Positions 18,881 to 28,162 are shown, counted from the first letter of the stretch. The stretch is DNA of 64,000 nt from Minisyncoccota bacterium (GCA_017991395.1 JAGOQQ010000003.1:2400-66399); one strand, 5' to 3'. Made by a program: numbers and translations. Notes: a model not told the origin generated them from the sequence alone.

Positions 18881-19282
18881 TTACTCATTATTTGGAGTTG
18901 ACGAGGGTGTTTCTGTGGGTTGTGGTGTGAGAATTACTTGCCCACCCACTGTTTCGACACTTTCGTCGCTTGAATCCATTTCAGATGTCGACGGGACCAA
19001 CTCGGCATCTTGGGTTGGAGTTTGCTCTGTCCCTGCTGGCTCATTTTTGGGTACAGAATACTTTGCATTTGACCACATATTTGAGATACCACTTGAAAGA
19101 GATTTGAGAGGTGCAAAACGATCATCGGTTGAAGCGGTATTTTGATTTTTGTGTGAATCAAAATAGAGTAGCGTAAGCCACACACCACAGACCACAAGTG
19201 TCACCACGAATGCACTTCCGTAGACGATACGTTGTCGCTCCTTTAGTGGTCGCGAACGAATTTTGTACAACAGTCCTGACAT
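18881..19282 (-). CDS. membrane protein with Pro/Thr/Ser-rich low-complexity C-terminus, hypothetical
   Basis: One TM helix (VVTLVVCGVWLTLLYF); 133 aa. Confidence 0.4.
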   Translation of the reverse strand: MSGLLYKIRSRPLKERQRIVYGSAFVVTLVVCGVWLTLLYFDSHKNQNTASTDDRFAPLKSLSSGISNMWSNAKYSVPKNEPAGTEQTPTQDAELVPSTSEMDSSDESVETVGGQVILTPQPTETPSSTPNNE

Positions 19283-19296
19283 TATAAAATTAAAAA

Positions 19297-19929
19297 TTAT
19301 GCACTAAATACCACCACCTCGCCAGCTTTTCCTTCGAGGTCTTTTCTTTTTATTGTGAGCTTTTCAACAGGTGCAACTTTCTCGTCTCCTCCTTCTTTCA
19401 AAAATGTTTTGAGTGCATCTTTTCCAGCATCTTCGAAATCCATTGGGATGATGAGTTTTGGTTCAAGTGAAGTCGCTATTGCATATGCCTCAGATGGCGA
19501 CACAGTATCATTTGATCCAATTGGAACAAACACCACATCCACATCATCAATTTGTCCACGAATTTCCGAAGAGAGCTTTGAAGTGGTAAGCGCTCCAAGA
19601 AAACAAAGAGAAATGTTGTCTACTGTGAGTGTATAAATAGTATTGATAAACTTCTTTCCATCCATCATTCCTTCATTCAAAATACCTTTGATGAAAATAC
19701 CTTTGATTTCATAATCTCCAGGACCTTTGACCGCAAAAGGAACAGTGTCACCATGTGAGACCATTTCAAGTCCATTGTAATCTGGATGATTTGTGCTTGA
19801 AATCACAATATCTGCACCAAACCGAGATGGCTTGCCAGTCTTTGAATCTTTACTGATAGGATTAAACGCAAGCACAGTGTCTCCATACTGTACTTTGAAA
19901 AATTGTTTTCCGAAATAAGAAATAATCAT
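19297..19929 (-). CDS. MBL-fold metal-dependent hydrolase-like protein (UPF0173-like, His motif degenerate)
   Basis: The layout ...ADIVISSTNHPDYNG... parallels the beta-lactamase-fold THGHxDH region but with substitutions. Confidence 0.45.
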   Translation of the reverse strand: MIISYFGKQFFKVQYGDTVLAFNPISKDSKTGKPSRFGADIVISSTNHPDYNGLEMVSHGDTVPFAVKGPGDYEIKGIFIKGILNEGMMDGKKFINTIYTLTVDNISLCFLGALTTSKLSSEIRGQIDDVDVVFVPIGSNDTVSPSEAYAIATSLEPKLIIPMDFEDAGKDALKTFLKEGGDEKVAPVEKLTIKRKDLEGKAGEVVVFSA

Positions 19930-19959
19930 ACTCCTATTATAGCAAAAAAGAGGTAAATA

Positions 19960-19989
19960 AAAAAGCCGCCTGAATCTAAATTCAGGCGG
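19960..19989 (-). terminator. terminator gccgcctgaat-ctaa-attcaggcgg with U-run on the minus strand
   Basis: Sequence; 3' of the minus-strand gene ending at 20010. Confidence 0.65.
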
Positions 19990-20009
19990 AGAATTATTTC
20001 TTATTGGTA

Positions 20010-20474
20010 CTACACACCGATCTCAGCTTCTTCAGCTTTTTTTGCACGAATGGTCAATCTGAGCTTATATGCCTTGATAGCTTCATAAAAAGAAGCGTAA
20101 AAAAGTGATGCAGTAACAACAAAAATACCAAGTAAAATCATCCACTCCAAACTTTTGACCAATCCTAAAAACGGAAGCGTTCCAAAAAGAAAAAGTATCG
20201 GCAGGACAATTTTCCATGCCATTTTGCGATTTTTCTGGAAAAAATACTCCTGCCTTGTGGAAAGAGAGAATGGAACTACTCCAGCAATTATGCCAAACAG
20301 AATACCGAAAATGATTGGAAATACTAGGTGTTGATAGATATTGGAAAATAAATGGATCACCTGGTCTTCATTTAGTTTCTGAAATCGTATTATTACAGTG
20401 GACATTCCTACAATTACCATGAATGGCGGGACGAAGAAAGAAATACTTGCGAGCGGATTGAATGTTTTTTTCAT
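20010..20474 (-). CDS. polytopic membrane protein, hypothetical
   Basis: 154 aa, 4 predicted TM helices. Confidence 0.45.
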   Translation of the reverse strand: MKKTFNPLASISFFVPPFMVIVGMSTVIIRFQKLNEDQVIHLFSNIYQHLVFPIIFGILFGIIAGVVPFSLSTRQEYFFQKNRKMAWKIVLPILFLFGTLPFLGLVKSLEWMILLGIFVVTASLFYASFYEAIKAYKLRLTIRAKKAEEAEIGV

Positions 20475-20559
20475 ATGCAGTTGTGTGTTTTAGGTTTGGT
20501 ATCATTATACTTAATAATGCAACATTGTCAATATTTCTCATGAGCCATATTTTATGGTA

Positions 20560-20671
20560 TAGTGACCTCGTTATTCATTAGAAACACGGCTTGTAACAAG
20601 GCCAGATTTTGGGCTAACCCTCCTGCCGGCAGACATGGCACGAGCACCCAAGACAAACATGAATCCCATGT
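20560..20671 (+). promoter_or_regulatory. structured 5' leader upstream of rpsA with mutually exclusive hairpins (possible attenuator or autoregulatory leader)
   Basis: Hairpin A (acaaacat-gaatccc-atgtttgt) overlaps hairpin B (aatccca-tgtttg-tgggatt + T-run); upstream helices ggcttgt..caaggcc and ctgccggcag. Confidence 0.3.
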
Positions 20672-21781
20672 TTGTGGGATTTTTATATTTATTTTATGGA
20701 TACAACAGTAGTAAACGAAGGAATGTTTAAGCCTTTCCTCGACAAGACAACCACACGACCTGAGCCAGACGCGCTCATCGAAGGTCCTGTGATTTCAATT
20801 CAAAAAGCGAGTGTATATATCAACCTTGCACCATATGGTACAGGTATTATCTACGGTCGTGAGTTTGCAAACGCACGAGATATCATCAAGAAAATCAACA
20901 TTGGTGATGTCGTCAAAGCAAAAGTTGTTGAATCTGAAAACGAAAACGGATACATCGAACTTTCACTCAAAGAAGCAAAGCAAGCACTCATTTGGAGTGA
21001 AGCTGAAAAAGCAATCAAGTCAAAGACAGTTCTTGAAATTCCAGTCAAGGAAGCAAACAAAGGAGGTCTTATACTCGAATGGAATGGTATCGCAGGATTC
21101 CTTCCCGCTTCACAGCTCAAGCCTGAGCACTATCCTCGAGTTGAAGATTCTGACAAAGACAAGATTTTGAAAGAACTCAAAAAGCTCGTTGGTGTGAAAA
21201 TTTCAGTGATTATGATCAACGCACTTCCAAAGGAAGGAAAGCTTATCTTCTCTGAAAAAGACAACAACCCAGAAGAACGACAAGAAATTATCGGAAAGTA
21301 TGTAGTTGGACAAGAGCTTGCATGTGAAGTCGCAGGAATCGTCGACTTCGGAGTATTCCTCAAAATTGAAGAAGGACTCGAAGGACTCGTACACATTTCT
21401 GAAATCGATTGGGGACTTGTGGAAGACCCACGACAAATGTTTAAGATTGGAGACAAAGTGAGTGCAAAAATCATCGAAGTAAAAGATGGCAAAATCTCAC
21501 TCTCAATCAAAGCACTCAAAGAAAATCCTTGGAAAGAATTTGATGGCAAATTGAAAAAAGGAGACATCATCAAAGGAGCAGTGATCAAGTTCAACAAACA
21601 CGGAGCGCTTGTAGCTATCAAGGAAGGTGTTGCTGGACTCGTCCACAATTCACTCTTTGGTGGAGAATCAAAACTCCGCGAAAAGCTTGAACTCGGAAAG
21701 ACTTACAATTTCCAAATCACCCTCTTCGAACCAAAGGATCAGAGAATGACATTGGCGTTTTTGGAGGAAAAGAAAGCGTAA
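20672..21781 (+). CDS. rpsA: 30S ribosomal protein S1-like (four S1 domains, shortened)
   Basis: Repeated S1 OB-fold motifs (GDVVKAKVV..., GQELACEVAGIVDFGVFLKI..GLVHISEI, GDKVSAKIIEV..., GDIIKGAVIKF...); the start codon is uncertain (20672 or 20696). Confidence 0.75.
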   Translation: MWDFYIYFMDTTVVNEGMFKPFLDKTTTRPEPDALIEGPVISIQKASVYINLAPYGTGIIYGREFANARDIIKKINIGDVVKAKVVESENENGYIELSLKEAKQALIWSEAEKAIKSKTVLEIPVKEANKGGLILEWNGIAGFLPASQLKPEHYPRVEDSDKDKILKELKKLVGVKISVIMINALPKEGKLIFSEKDNNPEERQEIIGKYVVGQELACEVAGIVDFGVFLKIEEGLEGLVHISEIDWGLVEDPRQMFKIGDKVSAKIIEVKDGKISLSIKALKENPWKEFDGKLKKGDIIKGAVIKFNKHGALVAIKEGVAGLVHNSLFGGESKLREKLELGKTYNFQITLFEPKDQRMTLAFLEEKKA

Positions 21782-21840
21782 ATCGCGGAACTACGCGGAC
21801 TAGACGCGGATTATCGCGGATAAACACGCAGATAATCGCG
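21781..21840 (+). repeat. array of six CGCGGA(T/A) motifs at ~10-bp spacing (reverse complement reads (T)TATCCGCG, a DnaA-box-like 9-mer)
   Basis: aatCGCGGAactaCGCGGActagaCGCGGAttatCGCGGAtaaacaCGCAGAtaatCGCGGAtat. Confidence 0.6.
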
Positions 21841-21845
21841 GATAT

Positions 21846-21871
21846 AAAAACCACCCAAATGGGTGGTTTTT
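21846..21871. terminator. terminator aaaaaccaccc-aaat-gggtggttttt after rpsA
   Basis: Perfect 11-bp stem with A/T runs. Confidence 0.75.
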
Positions 21872-21875
21872 ATAG

Positions 21876-21903
21876 TTGACAAAATCTTTCATTATGCTAT
21901 AAT
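21876..21903 (+). promoter_or_regulatory. consensus sigma70-type promoter TTGACA-16nt-TATAAT
   Basis: TTGACA 21876-21881 and TATAAT 21898-21903, 25 nt upstream of the ATG at 21928. Confidence 0.55.
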
Positions 21904-21927
21904 TTTAAAAACTAAAATCTTTACAAA

Positions 21928-22425
21928 ATGAACACACCAGAAACTGCTGCTGCTCCAGAAAAAGCAGAGGAACAAAGTATTAAATTAACACTAAACTGGA
22001 ATATTCCAATTAGATCAATTTGGTCTACAATCGCATTTGTTTTACTCGCAGGCTTCACCTATCTACAAACGATTTGGTACATATTGCCAAATATTAAGAT
22101 AATAGACACTTTCAAGCCAAAAGATATAATCTTAGAAAACATTGTATACATTTGGCCACCAATTATTGGTTACATTTTATTTGCAGTATTAGTGTGTGTC
22201 TATATAAACATTTTTAAGTCACTGAAAAGCACGAGCAATTTAGGGTTAATTAGGTTTCTTTGTTTATTTTGCGTGATAACACTCTTGCTGTGCTTTCTAA
22301 TAATTGTAGGTAACATATTTCTTGGACAAGACCCAGCAATTAATATCGGATACGCCATGATTAGGCTTATCTATGCCATGTTTTTTTTAGGATTATTTTT
22401 AGGATTTCAGCATGAATTTAAATAG
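21928..22425 (+). CDS. polytopic membrane protein, hypothetical
   Basis: 165 aa, four hydrophobic helices. Confidence 0.45.
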   Translation: MNTPETAAAPEKAEEQSIKLTLNWNIPIRSIWSTIAFVLLAGFTYLQTIWYILPNIKIIDTFKPKDIILENIVYIWPPIIGYILFAVLVCVYINIFKSLKSTSNLGLIRFLCLFCVITLLLCFLIIVGNIFLGQDPAINIGYAMIRLIYAMFFLGLFLGFQHEFK

Positions 22426-22530
22426 ACCAAATCATAATGGAACACATTTGTGTTCCATTATTTTATTTTAATTTTATTTTTTTGAGATCCTGAAACAAGT
22501 TCAGGATGACACAATGCAAAAATTCACGAG

Positions 22531-22715
22531 TATTTATCCGCGACAGTTCGCGTCTAATCAGCGATCATCCGCGTTATAGCTCTGCATAAGTGTTCCCTTA
22601 GCTTTGCATAAGTGTTCCCTTAGCTTTGCATAAGTGTTCCCTTATCTGCGGTATTTATCCGCGTTAAGTCCGCGACAGTCAGCGTTTAGTCCGCGTTAAG
22701 TTCGCGACAGTGTCC
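22531..22715 (+). repeat. array of about seven (T)TATCCGCG / TCCGCG(A/T) motifs in opposite orientation to the 21781 array; subfamilies TCCGCGACAG x3 and TCCGCGTTAAG x3
   Basis: tatttaTCCGCGacag, gtTCGCGtc, caTCCGCGttatag, tatttaTCCGCGttaag, agTCCGCGacag, agTCCGCGttaag, gtTCGCGacag; overlaps the last 7 codons of rlmB. Confidence 0.6.
22578..22643 (+). repeat. perfect tandem repeat 3 x 22 bp (AGCT(C/T)TGCATAAGTGTTCCCTT)
   Basis: Three contiguous copies; copies 2 and 3 are identical. Confidence 0.85.
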
Positions 22716-23478
22716 ATTGATACATCACCAACGCCGCAGAGACCGACGCATTCAAAGATTCCACTCCATTTTCCATTGGAATCGTGACCTTGAAATCACA
22801 TCGTTCAAGAGTTTTCATTCGTACACCATCACCTTCTGCGCCAATCACAATACACATTGGCATATCCATATCTACTTTCGAGAGTTCTGTGTCGCCATCT
22901 GCATCAAGTCCAAGTACCCAAAAACGATTGTCTTTCAATACATCGAGTGCATTGTTCAAATTGTTTACGCGAATGAGAGGAATTTTGCCAAGTGTTCCGG
23001 CTGAAGTTTTGTATGTGGTACCAGAGATTGGACTTTGTCGATGTTTGCCGATAATTATTCCGTGAATTCCAAACGCGGTCGCACTTCGAATAATCGCGCC
23101 GACATTTCCTGCATCTTCAAGTTCATCCAGAAGTAGGCAGCAAGGATTTTTAATATCTTTCACACTTTCTATCCAATCTTTAAGCTCTACAAATTCAACT
23201 GCACTCATTACTGCAACCACACCTTGATCATTCACGTCACCAACAAGTTCAAAAATTTTCTTTTTGTCCACAAGTACCACTGGGATTTTGTGTAGTGATG
23301 CAGTTTTCTCAATCATCGAATTAAACCCAGCCTCATTTCCCTTTTTTAGAAAAATTTTACTTACTTTTTTTGGAGATTGATCAAGTGCTTCTTCTACAGG
23401 ATGTCTTCCAAACACAAAAAGCGACTCACTTTCTGTCGGAGAATTTCGTGATTGAATTGTTGGGAAATTTTTTTTCAT
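22696..23478 (-). CDS. rlmB: 23S rRNA (guanosine-2'-O)-methyltransferase RlmB (SpoU/TrmH family with N-terminal substrate-binding domain)
   Basis: SpoU motifs LLLDELEDAGNVGAIIRSATAFG, IVIGAEGDG, SLNASVSAAL. Confidence 0.75.
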   Translation of the reverse strand: MKKNFPTIQSRNSPTESESLFVFGRHPVEEALDQSPKKVSKIFLKKGNEAGFNSMIEKTASLHKIPVVLVDKKKIFELVGDVNDQGVVAVMSAVEFVELKDWIESVKDIKNPCCLLLDELEDAGNVGAIIRSATAFGIHGIIIGKHRQSPISGTTYKTSAGTLGKIPLIRVNNLNNALDVLKDNRFWVLGLDADGDTELSKVDMDMPMCIVIGAEGDGVRMKTLERCDFKVTIPMENGVESLNASVSAALVMYQWTLSRT

Positions 23479-23485
23479 AAATTAG

Positions 23486-24070
23486 CTACTCACCGTTGAA
23501 TATTGTCATCGCCTTATCTTTGCCTTCGCTCACCAATACCTCAAGTGCTTCTTTGACAACCTTTGAAACTTTTTTGAGTTCATCCATTTGTTTTGGAGTA
23601 AATTCTTTCATCAAAAATGCCTGACCTTTGCCTGTGCCTGTCACCTTTTTCAATTTACCTGTAGGAGTACTCGGTGAGACACCAATTCGGATTCGCACAA
23701 ATTCTTCGCTTTTGACAACTTTGATTATAGAGTTCATTCCATTGTGTCCACCAGAAGAACGATTGAAAGAAATTTTTATTTTACCGATTGGCAAATCAAG
23801 TTCATCGTATACCACAACAAGCTTCGCCAAATCTTTTTCACATTTGATATACGGCGCGACAGATTGCCCAGAATTGTTCATAAATGTATTTGGCAAAATA
23901 AACGTCGTTTTCTTCTCATACAAAATTACATTTCCAATGTGTGCATTTGCTTTTTTATCAATCCGAAAATCTGTATTTTTGCCCGCAATCATTTCAAGCA
24001 CAAGTCTACCCGCGTTGTGGCGAGTATTTTTGTATTCTTCCCCAGGATTTCCGAGTCCAACGATATACAT
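23486..24070 (-). CDS. pth: peptidyl-tRNA hydrolase
   Basis: MYIVGLGNPGEEYKNTRHNAGR signature. The ORF track extends 31 codons further upstream (to 24163), but the Pth-like start is the Met at 24070. Confidence 0.85.
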   Translation of the reverse strand: MYIVGLGNPGEEYKNTRHNAGRLVLEMIAGKNTDFRIDKKANAHIGNVILYEKKTTFILPNTFMNNSGQSVAPYIKCEKDLAKLVVVYDELDLPIGKIKISFNRSSGGHNGMNSIIKVVKSEEFVRIRIGVSPSTPTGKLKKVTGTGKGQAFLMKEFTPKQMDELKKVSKVVKEALEVLVSEGKDKAMTIFNGE

Positions 24071-24255
24071 AAGGTTAGTGAGTAGATAGTAGTAAGTAGG
24101 TAGTAAAAAATCAGAACCAAATACAAGAAAAATTAAAAACCAATTACAAAAACATAGTACCACAATTCAACATTTTTTTCATTAGTCAAAAAATAACACA
24201 ATGCAACAACAATGACATTTGTGTCAACACGCATAAATATAGTACAATCACACAC

Positions 24256-24885
24256 ATGATAGAAGAAAAAAATGATTCTATACCTACAGTGGATGCTGTA
24301 CATAGAACAAGTGAATACTCACAAACTCCTGATACTCAAAAAAAGAAAAATTCGATTGTTGAACTTATCAAATTTGCATTTATTGCAGCATTGATTGTCA
24401 TTCCAATTCGCACATTTATTGCACAGCCATTTATTGTCTCTGGAAATTCGATGATTCCAACATTTCACGATCAAGAATATCTTATTGTTGATGAACTTTC
24501 ATTTCACATGCGTGACCCTCATAGAGGAGAAGTGATTGTATTTAAATATCCAAAAGATACCTCAAAATATTTCATCAAACGTGTTATTGGACTTCCTGGA
24601 GAAACACTCAAGTTCAAAGCAGGAGAAATAATTATCGTCAACGAAAAATATGCCGAAGGAATTGCGCTCGATCAATCATATATTGAGAACAAATCAAAAG
24701 ACACATTTGAAGTAACTCTCAAAGAAGATGAATACTACGTAATGGGAGACAACCGTATTGCAAGCTCTGACTCTCGCGCATGGGGACCACTTCCACGAAA
24801 ATACATGGTTGGCCGCGCACTTATACGAGTACTTCCATTTTCAAAAATTGACTATCTACCAGGAAACTACATCACACAAGAATAA
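24256..24885 (+). CDS. lepB: signal peptidase I
   Basis: SGNSMIPT (Ser box), VFKYP, GDNRIASSDSRAWGP (boxes D/E). Confidence 0.85.
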   Translation: MIEEKNDSIPTVDAVHRTSEYSQTPDTQKKKNSIVELIKFAFIAALIVIPIRTFIAQPFIVSGNSMIPTFHDQEYLIVDELSFHMRDPHRGEVIVFKYPKDTSKYFIKRVIGLPGETLKFKAGEIIIVNEKYAEGIALDQSYIENKSKDTFEVTLKEDEYYVMGDNRIASSDSRAWGPLPRKYMVGRALIRVLPFSKIDYLPGNYITQE

Positions 24886-24906
24886 TTATTAGCTATATAT
24901 ATTTTC

Positions 24907-26211
24907 ATGTCAGAAAAAAAAGCACCACAACCAAAAAAGGAACAACTCAATTCACCAAAAGGAATGCACGACATCTCTGGAGAAAAATATTATGAATACC
25001 AAGGCTTCTTTGAAAAGGCGCAGGAAATCGCTGCATACTACGGATTTACTCCAATCAACACTCCAATCATGGAGCATGAAGAAGTATTCACCTCAACTGT
25101 TGGAGAAGGTACTGACATTGTAGACAAAGAAATGTATACCCTTCGCACAAAAGGTGGCGACAAGCTCGCACTTCGTCCAGAAGGAACTGCAGGTGTGATG
25201 CGTGCGTACATCGAACAAGGCATGCAATCTCTCCCTCAGCCTGTGATGCTCTACTACTACGGACCATTTTTCCGACATGACAAACCCCAGCGTGGACGAT
25301 ATCGAGAACTTCGCCAATTTGGTCTTGAAGTTATTGGAAACGAAAAAAGTATTGTGGACGCACTCGTCATCAAAACTGTCGTTTCGATTCTTGAAGAAGC
25401 GGGCGCAACAAATCTCATTGTTGATATCAATTCAACCGGTAACAAAGAATCACGCGCACACTACACAAAAGAACTCACAAATTATTACAAAAAGCATTCA
25501 GCAATGCTCGCCCCACTTGATCGCGAACGACTGAAGACAAATCCACTTCGCATTCTTGATTCAAAAGAACCAAAGACAATTGCAGTCAATGAACACGCAC
25601 CTGATGCAATCGGATATCTCAACAGCGAAGACAAAAAGCATTTCAAAGAAGTACTTGAGTATCTCGAAGAAATGGGAGTTACGTATCGTATGAACAAAAA
25701 CCTCGTCCGTGGACTTTCGTATTATTCACGCACAGTATTTGAAATCATTGCTGAAAACGCTGGTGAAAACGGCGAACCTCTCACAATCGCTGGTGGTGGA
25801 CGATATGACTATCTTGCAAAAGGTCTTGGTGCAAAAAAGGACATCGCGGGAATGGGTGCAGGTATCGGCGTCGACAGAGTGGTTGAATCTTCATGGTACA
25901 AAAAGCTTTGTCCGCGAATTTTGAAGAAACCAAAAATTTATTTTATTCAACTTGGATTTGAAGCAAAACTAAAATCACTCAACGTGATTGAAATTCTTCG
26001 AAAAGCACATGTTCCAATCGCACAATCACTTTCAAAAGACAGTCTTGGTGCACAGCTAGGAATGGCCGAAAAAATGAATATTCCCTACACAATTATTTTT
26101 GGACAAAAGGAGGCAGTTGAGAGTACAGTTATTGTCCGAGACATGAGTAACCGTAGCCAAGAAACAGTTCCAATAAAAAAATTGCTCGAATACATAAAAT
26201 CACTTAAGTAG
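24907..26211 (+). CDS. hisS: histidyl-tRNA synthetase
   Basis: Class II motifs; YYYGPFFRHDKPQRGRYRELRQFGLE (HisRS motif 2), GGGRYD motif 3. Confidence 0.85.
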   Translation: MSEKKAPQPKKEQLNSPKGMHDISGEKYYEYQGFFEKAQEIAAYYGFTPINTPIMEHEEVFTSTVGEGTDIVDKEMYTLRTKGGDKLALRPEGTAGVMRAYIEQGMQSLPQPVMLYYYGPFFRHDKPQRGRYRELRQFGLEVIGNEKSIVDALVIKTVVSILEEAGATNLIVDINSTGNKESRAHYTKELTNYYKKHSAMLAPLDRERLKTNPLRILDSKEPKTIAVNEHAPDAIGYLNSEDKKHFKEVLEYLEEMGVTYRMNKNLVRGLSYYSRTVFEIIAENAGENGEPLTIAGGGRYDYLAKGLGAKKDIAGMGAGIGVDRVVESSWYKKLCPRILKKPKIYFIQLGFEAKLKSLNVIEILRKAHVPIAQSLSKDSLGAQLGMAEKMNIPYTIIFGQKEAVESTVIVRDMSNRSQETVPIKKLLEYIKSLK

Positions 26212-26249
26212 TTTTGAAGTACTGGTGTGGGTAAGGCACTTACAGACGC

Positions 26250-26284
26250 AAAAATTCCCCCGTCATTTGACGGGGGAATTTTTG
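26250..26284 (+). terminator. terminator aaaaattcccccgtca-tttg-acgggggaattttt after hisS
   Basis: Perfect 16-bp stem. Confidence 0.75.
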
Positions 26285-26346
26285 CGGCTGTAATTGCGAG
26301 GGGCTTCAAAAAACACTCAAAAAAGCATATACTGTGGGTACAAGAC

Positions 26347-26871
26347 ATGAAAGACATCATCCAACAAGACAATAAGGTATTGCGACAAATTGCAAAGGAA
26401 GTTCCAGTAAAGGATATCGCAAGTCCCAAAATTAAAAAAATCATCGCCGAAATGAAGGAATCACTTCTCTCTCAAGATGATGGTGTGGCAATTGCTGCCC
26501 CGCAAATCGGGGTATCACTTCGTATTTTTGTTGTGTCTCACAGAATATTTGCACCAAAGGAAGACGGTGCACAACTGACGCCAAAAGATGATTTAGTGTT
26601 TATAAATCCAAAAATAATTAAGTTCTCAAAAAAGACTGAGTGGAAACAAGGCGAAGGATGTCTTTCTGTTCGATGGCTCTACGGTGAAGTAAAACGTCAC
26701 ACAAATGTCACAATTGAATACTTTGATGAGAAAGGTGATGAATATAGTCGCGGCGCAGGAGGATTGCTCGCGCATATTTTTCAACACGAAATTGATCATC
26801 TCGATGGAATACTTTTTATAGACAAAGCACGAAACGTGCACGACCTTCCTCCTGAAAAAGATGGCGAATAA
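26347..26871 (+). CDS. def: peptide deformylase
   Basis: GVAIAAPQIG, EGCLSV, HEIDHLDG motifs. The start is set at MKDIIQ downstream of the hisS terminator; the ORF track opens at 26227. Confidence 0.85.
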   Translation: MKDIIQQDNKVLRQIAKEVPVKDIASPKIKKIIAEMKESLLSQDDGVAIAAPQIGVSLRIFVVSHRIFAPKEDGAQLTPKDDLVFINPKIIKFSKKTEWKQGEGCLSVRWLYGEVKRHTNVTIEYFDEKGDEYSRGAGGLLAHIFQHEIDHLDGILFIDKARNVHDLPPEKDGE

Positions 26872-27706
26872 TAATTTCAAAAAATTTGTATTCTTTGGAA
26901 CACCAGATATTTCAGTTGATGTACTCGACCAACTGAAATCTTTTGATATTATCCCATCGCTTATCGTTACCCAGCCGGACAAAGCACAAGGTCGCGGACT
27001 TGAAATCACACCACCGCCGGTCAAAGTGTGGGCGATGAAGAACCAAATTCCCTACCTTCAACCACAAAAACTCAAAGAGATTGAAGAGGATTTGGAAAAA
27101 GTCGGCGCGGATTGGTATCTCGTTGTTGCGTATGGAAAAATTCTTCCGAATTGGCTTTTGTCGATTCCAGGACGGCGTGTGCTCAATATTCACCCTTCAC
27201 TTCTTCCGCTCTACCGCGGGCCATCACCTATCGAAAGTGCACTTCTTCACGGAGATACAATCACTGGCGTGTCACTTATGATACTAGACGAAGAAATGGA
27301 TCACGGACCACTTTTGGGACAAGCAGATTTGGAAGTTTCTGATTCAACCACAAAAAAGGAATTGTATGAAAAATTGAGTTCGCTTGGCGCAGTTCTCGTA
27401 CGAGACTATGTACCAGAGTATCTAAAAGGAAGTTTGACTGCAGTATCTCAACAACACGACCATGCAATCTACTGCGAAAAGTTTTCAAAAGCAGATGGAG
27501 AAATTGATGAACAGGACACATCAAAAACAACATGGAATAAATGGCGTGCATTTTATGGTTGGCCAGGGTTGTATTTTTATCGAGAAATAGATGGCAAAAA
27601 AATTCGATACAAAATCACCGACGCAACACTGGAAGATGACAAATTCAAAATTCTACGAGTAATTCCGGAGGGAAAGAAAGAACAAGAATATAATTATGTA
27701 AAATAA
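26861..27706 (+). CDS. fmt: methionyl-tRNA formyltransferase
   Basis: VFFGTPDISV..., HPSLLPLYRGPSPIESALLHGD; overlaps def by 11 nt. Confidence 0.85.
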   Translation: MANNNFKKFVFFGTPDISVDVLDQLKSFDIIPSLIVTQPDKAQGRGLEITPPPVKVWAMKNQIPYLQPQKLKEIEEDLEKVGADWYLVVAYGKILPNWLLSIPGRRVLNIHPSLLPLYRGPSPIESALLHGDTITGVSLMILDEEMDHGPLLGQADLEVSDSTTKKELYEKLSSLGAVLVRDYVPEYLKGSLTAVSQQHDHAIYCEKFSKADGEIDEQDTSKTTWNKWRAFYGWPGLYFYREIDGKKIRYKITDATLEDDKFKILRVIPEGKKEQEYNYVK

Positions 27707-27710
27707 AAAA

Positions 27711-27739
27711 ATCCCGTGATGCTTCACGAGATTTTTTTG
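27711..27739 (+). terminator. terminator atcccgtga-tgct-tcacgagat + T7
   Basis: 9-bp stem with one mismatch, strong T-run. Confidence 0.6.
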
Positions 27740-27752
27740 GTTTGGATTAAAA

Positions 27753-28061
27753 TCAAAACCAAAGTTGTACAAGTTTTACAATCGGAACATTCAGATGTTC
27801 CGATGCTGAATAAAAGAATCCTGCGATCATGACTACTATCACTACAGCAGCTATGCCACCATTTCTGATTGCGGTTGATTTTTGCTCTTCGTCGCTTTTC
27901 TTTTCCACATACATCATTTGCGACACTATGAGTGCGGAGAATGTAATTAGGCCAATCATGCTCGGGATAATCATTGTGGGCTCAAGATAAAACATGAGTC
28001 CGGCAAGGAGTATTCCTGCAAATACTACAAATGAAATGTAAGACTTGATACCTGTTGTCAT
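27753..28061 (-). CDS. small membrane protein, hypothetical
   Basis: 102 aa, three TM helices. Confidence 0.4.
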   Translation of the reverse strand: MTTGIKSYISFVVFAGILLAGLMFYLEPTMIIPSMIGLITFSALIVSQMMYVEKKSDEEQKSTAIRNGGIAAVVIVVMIAGFFYSASEHLNVPIVKLVQLWF

Positions 28062-28162
28062 AAGTTTTATGGGTTTTTATGTTTAAAAAAATACTAGAAT
28101 ATTTTAAAGAATTTGTCAATAAACCCCATTTAAATAAAATTTATAAAAAACTGGAACCCAAA

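Noticed and set aside
22578-22643. CRISPR array
   Set aside because: Three contiguous 22-bp copies with no spacers and no cas genes; this is a simple tandem repeat.
23486-24163. Long N-terminal extension of pth (start at 24163)
   Set aside because: The extension is hydrophobic junk preceding the universally conserved Pth start MYIVGLGNPG, so the internal Met at 24070 is used.
24071-24255. Promoter calls in the pth-lepB divergent intergenic region (TTGTGT ... TACAAT)
   Set aside because: Hexamer spacing is ambiguous (18 nt or more) and several alternative matches exist; not supportable without data.
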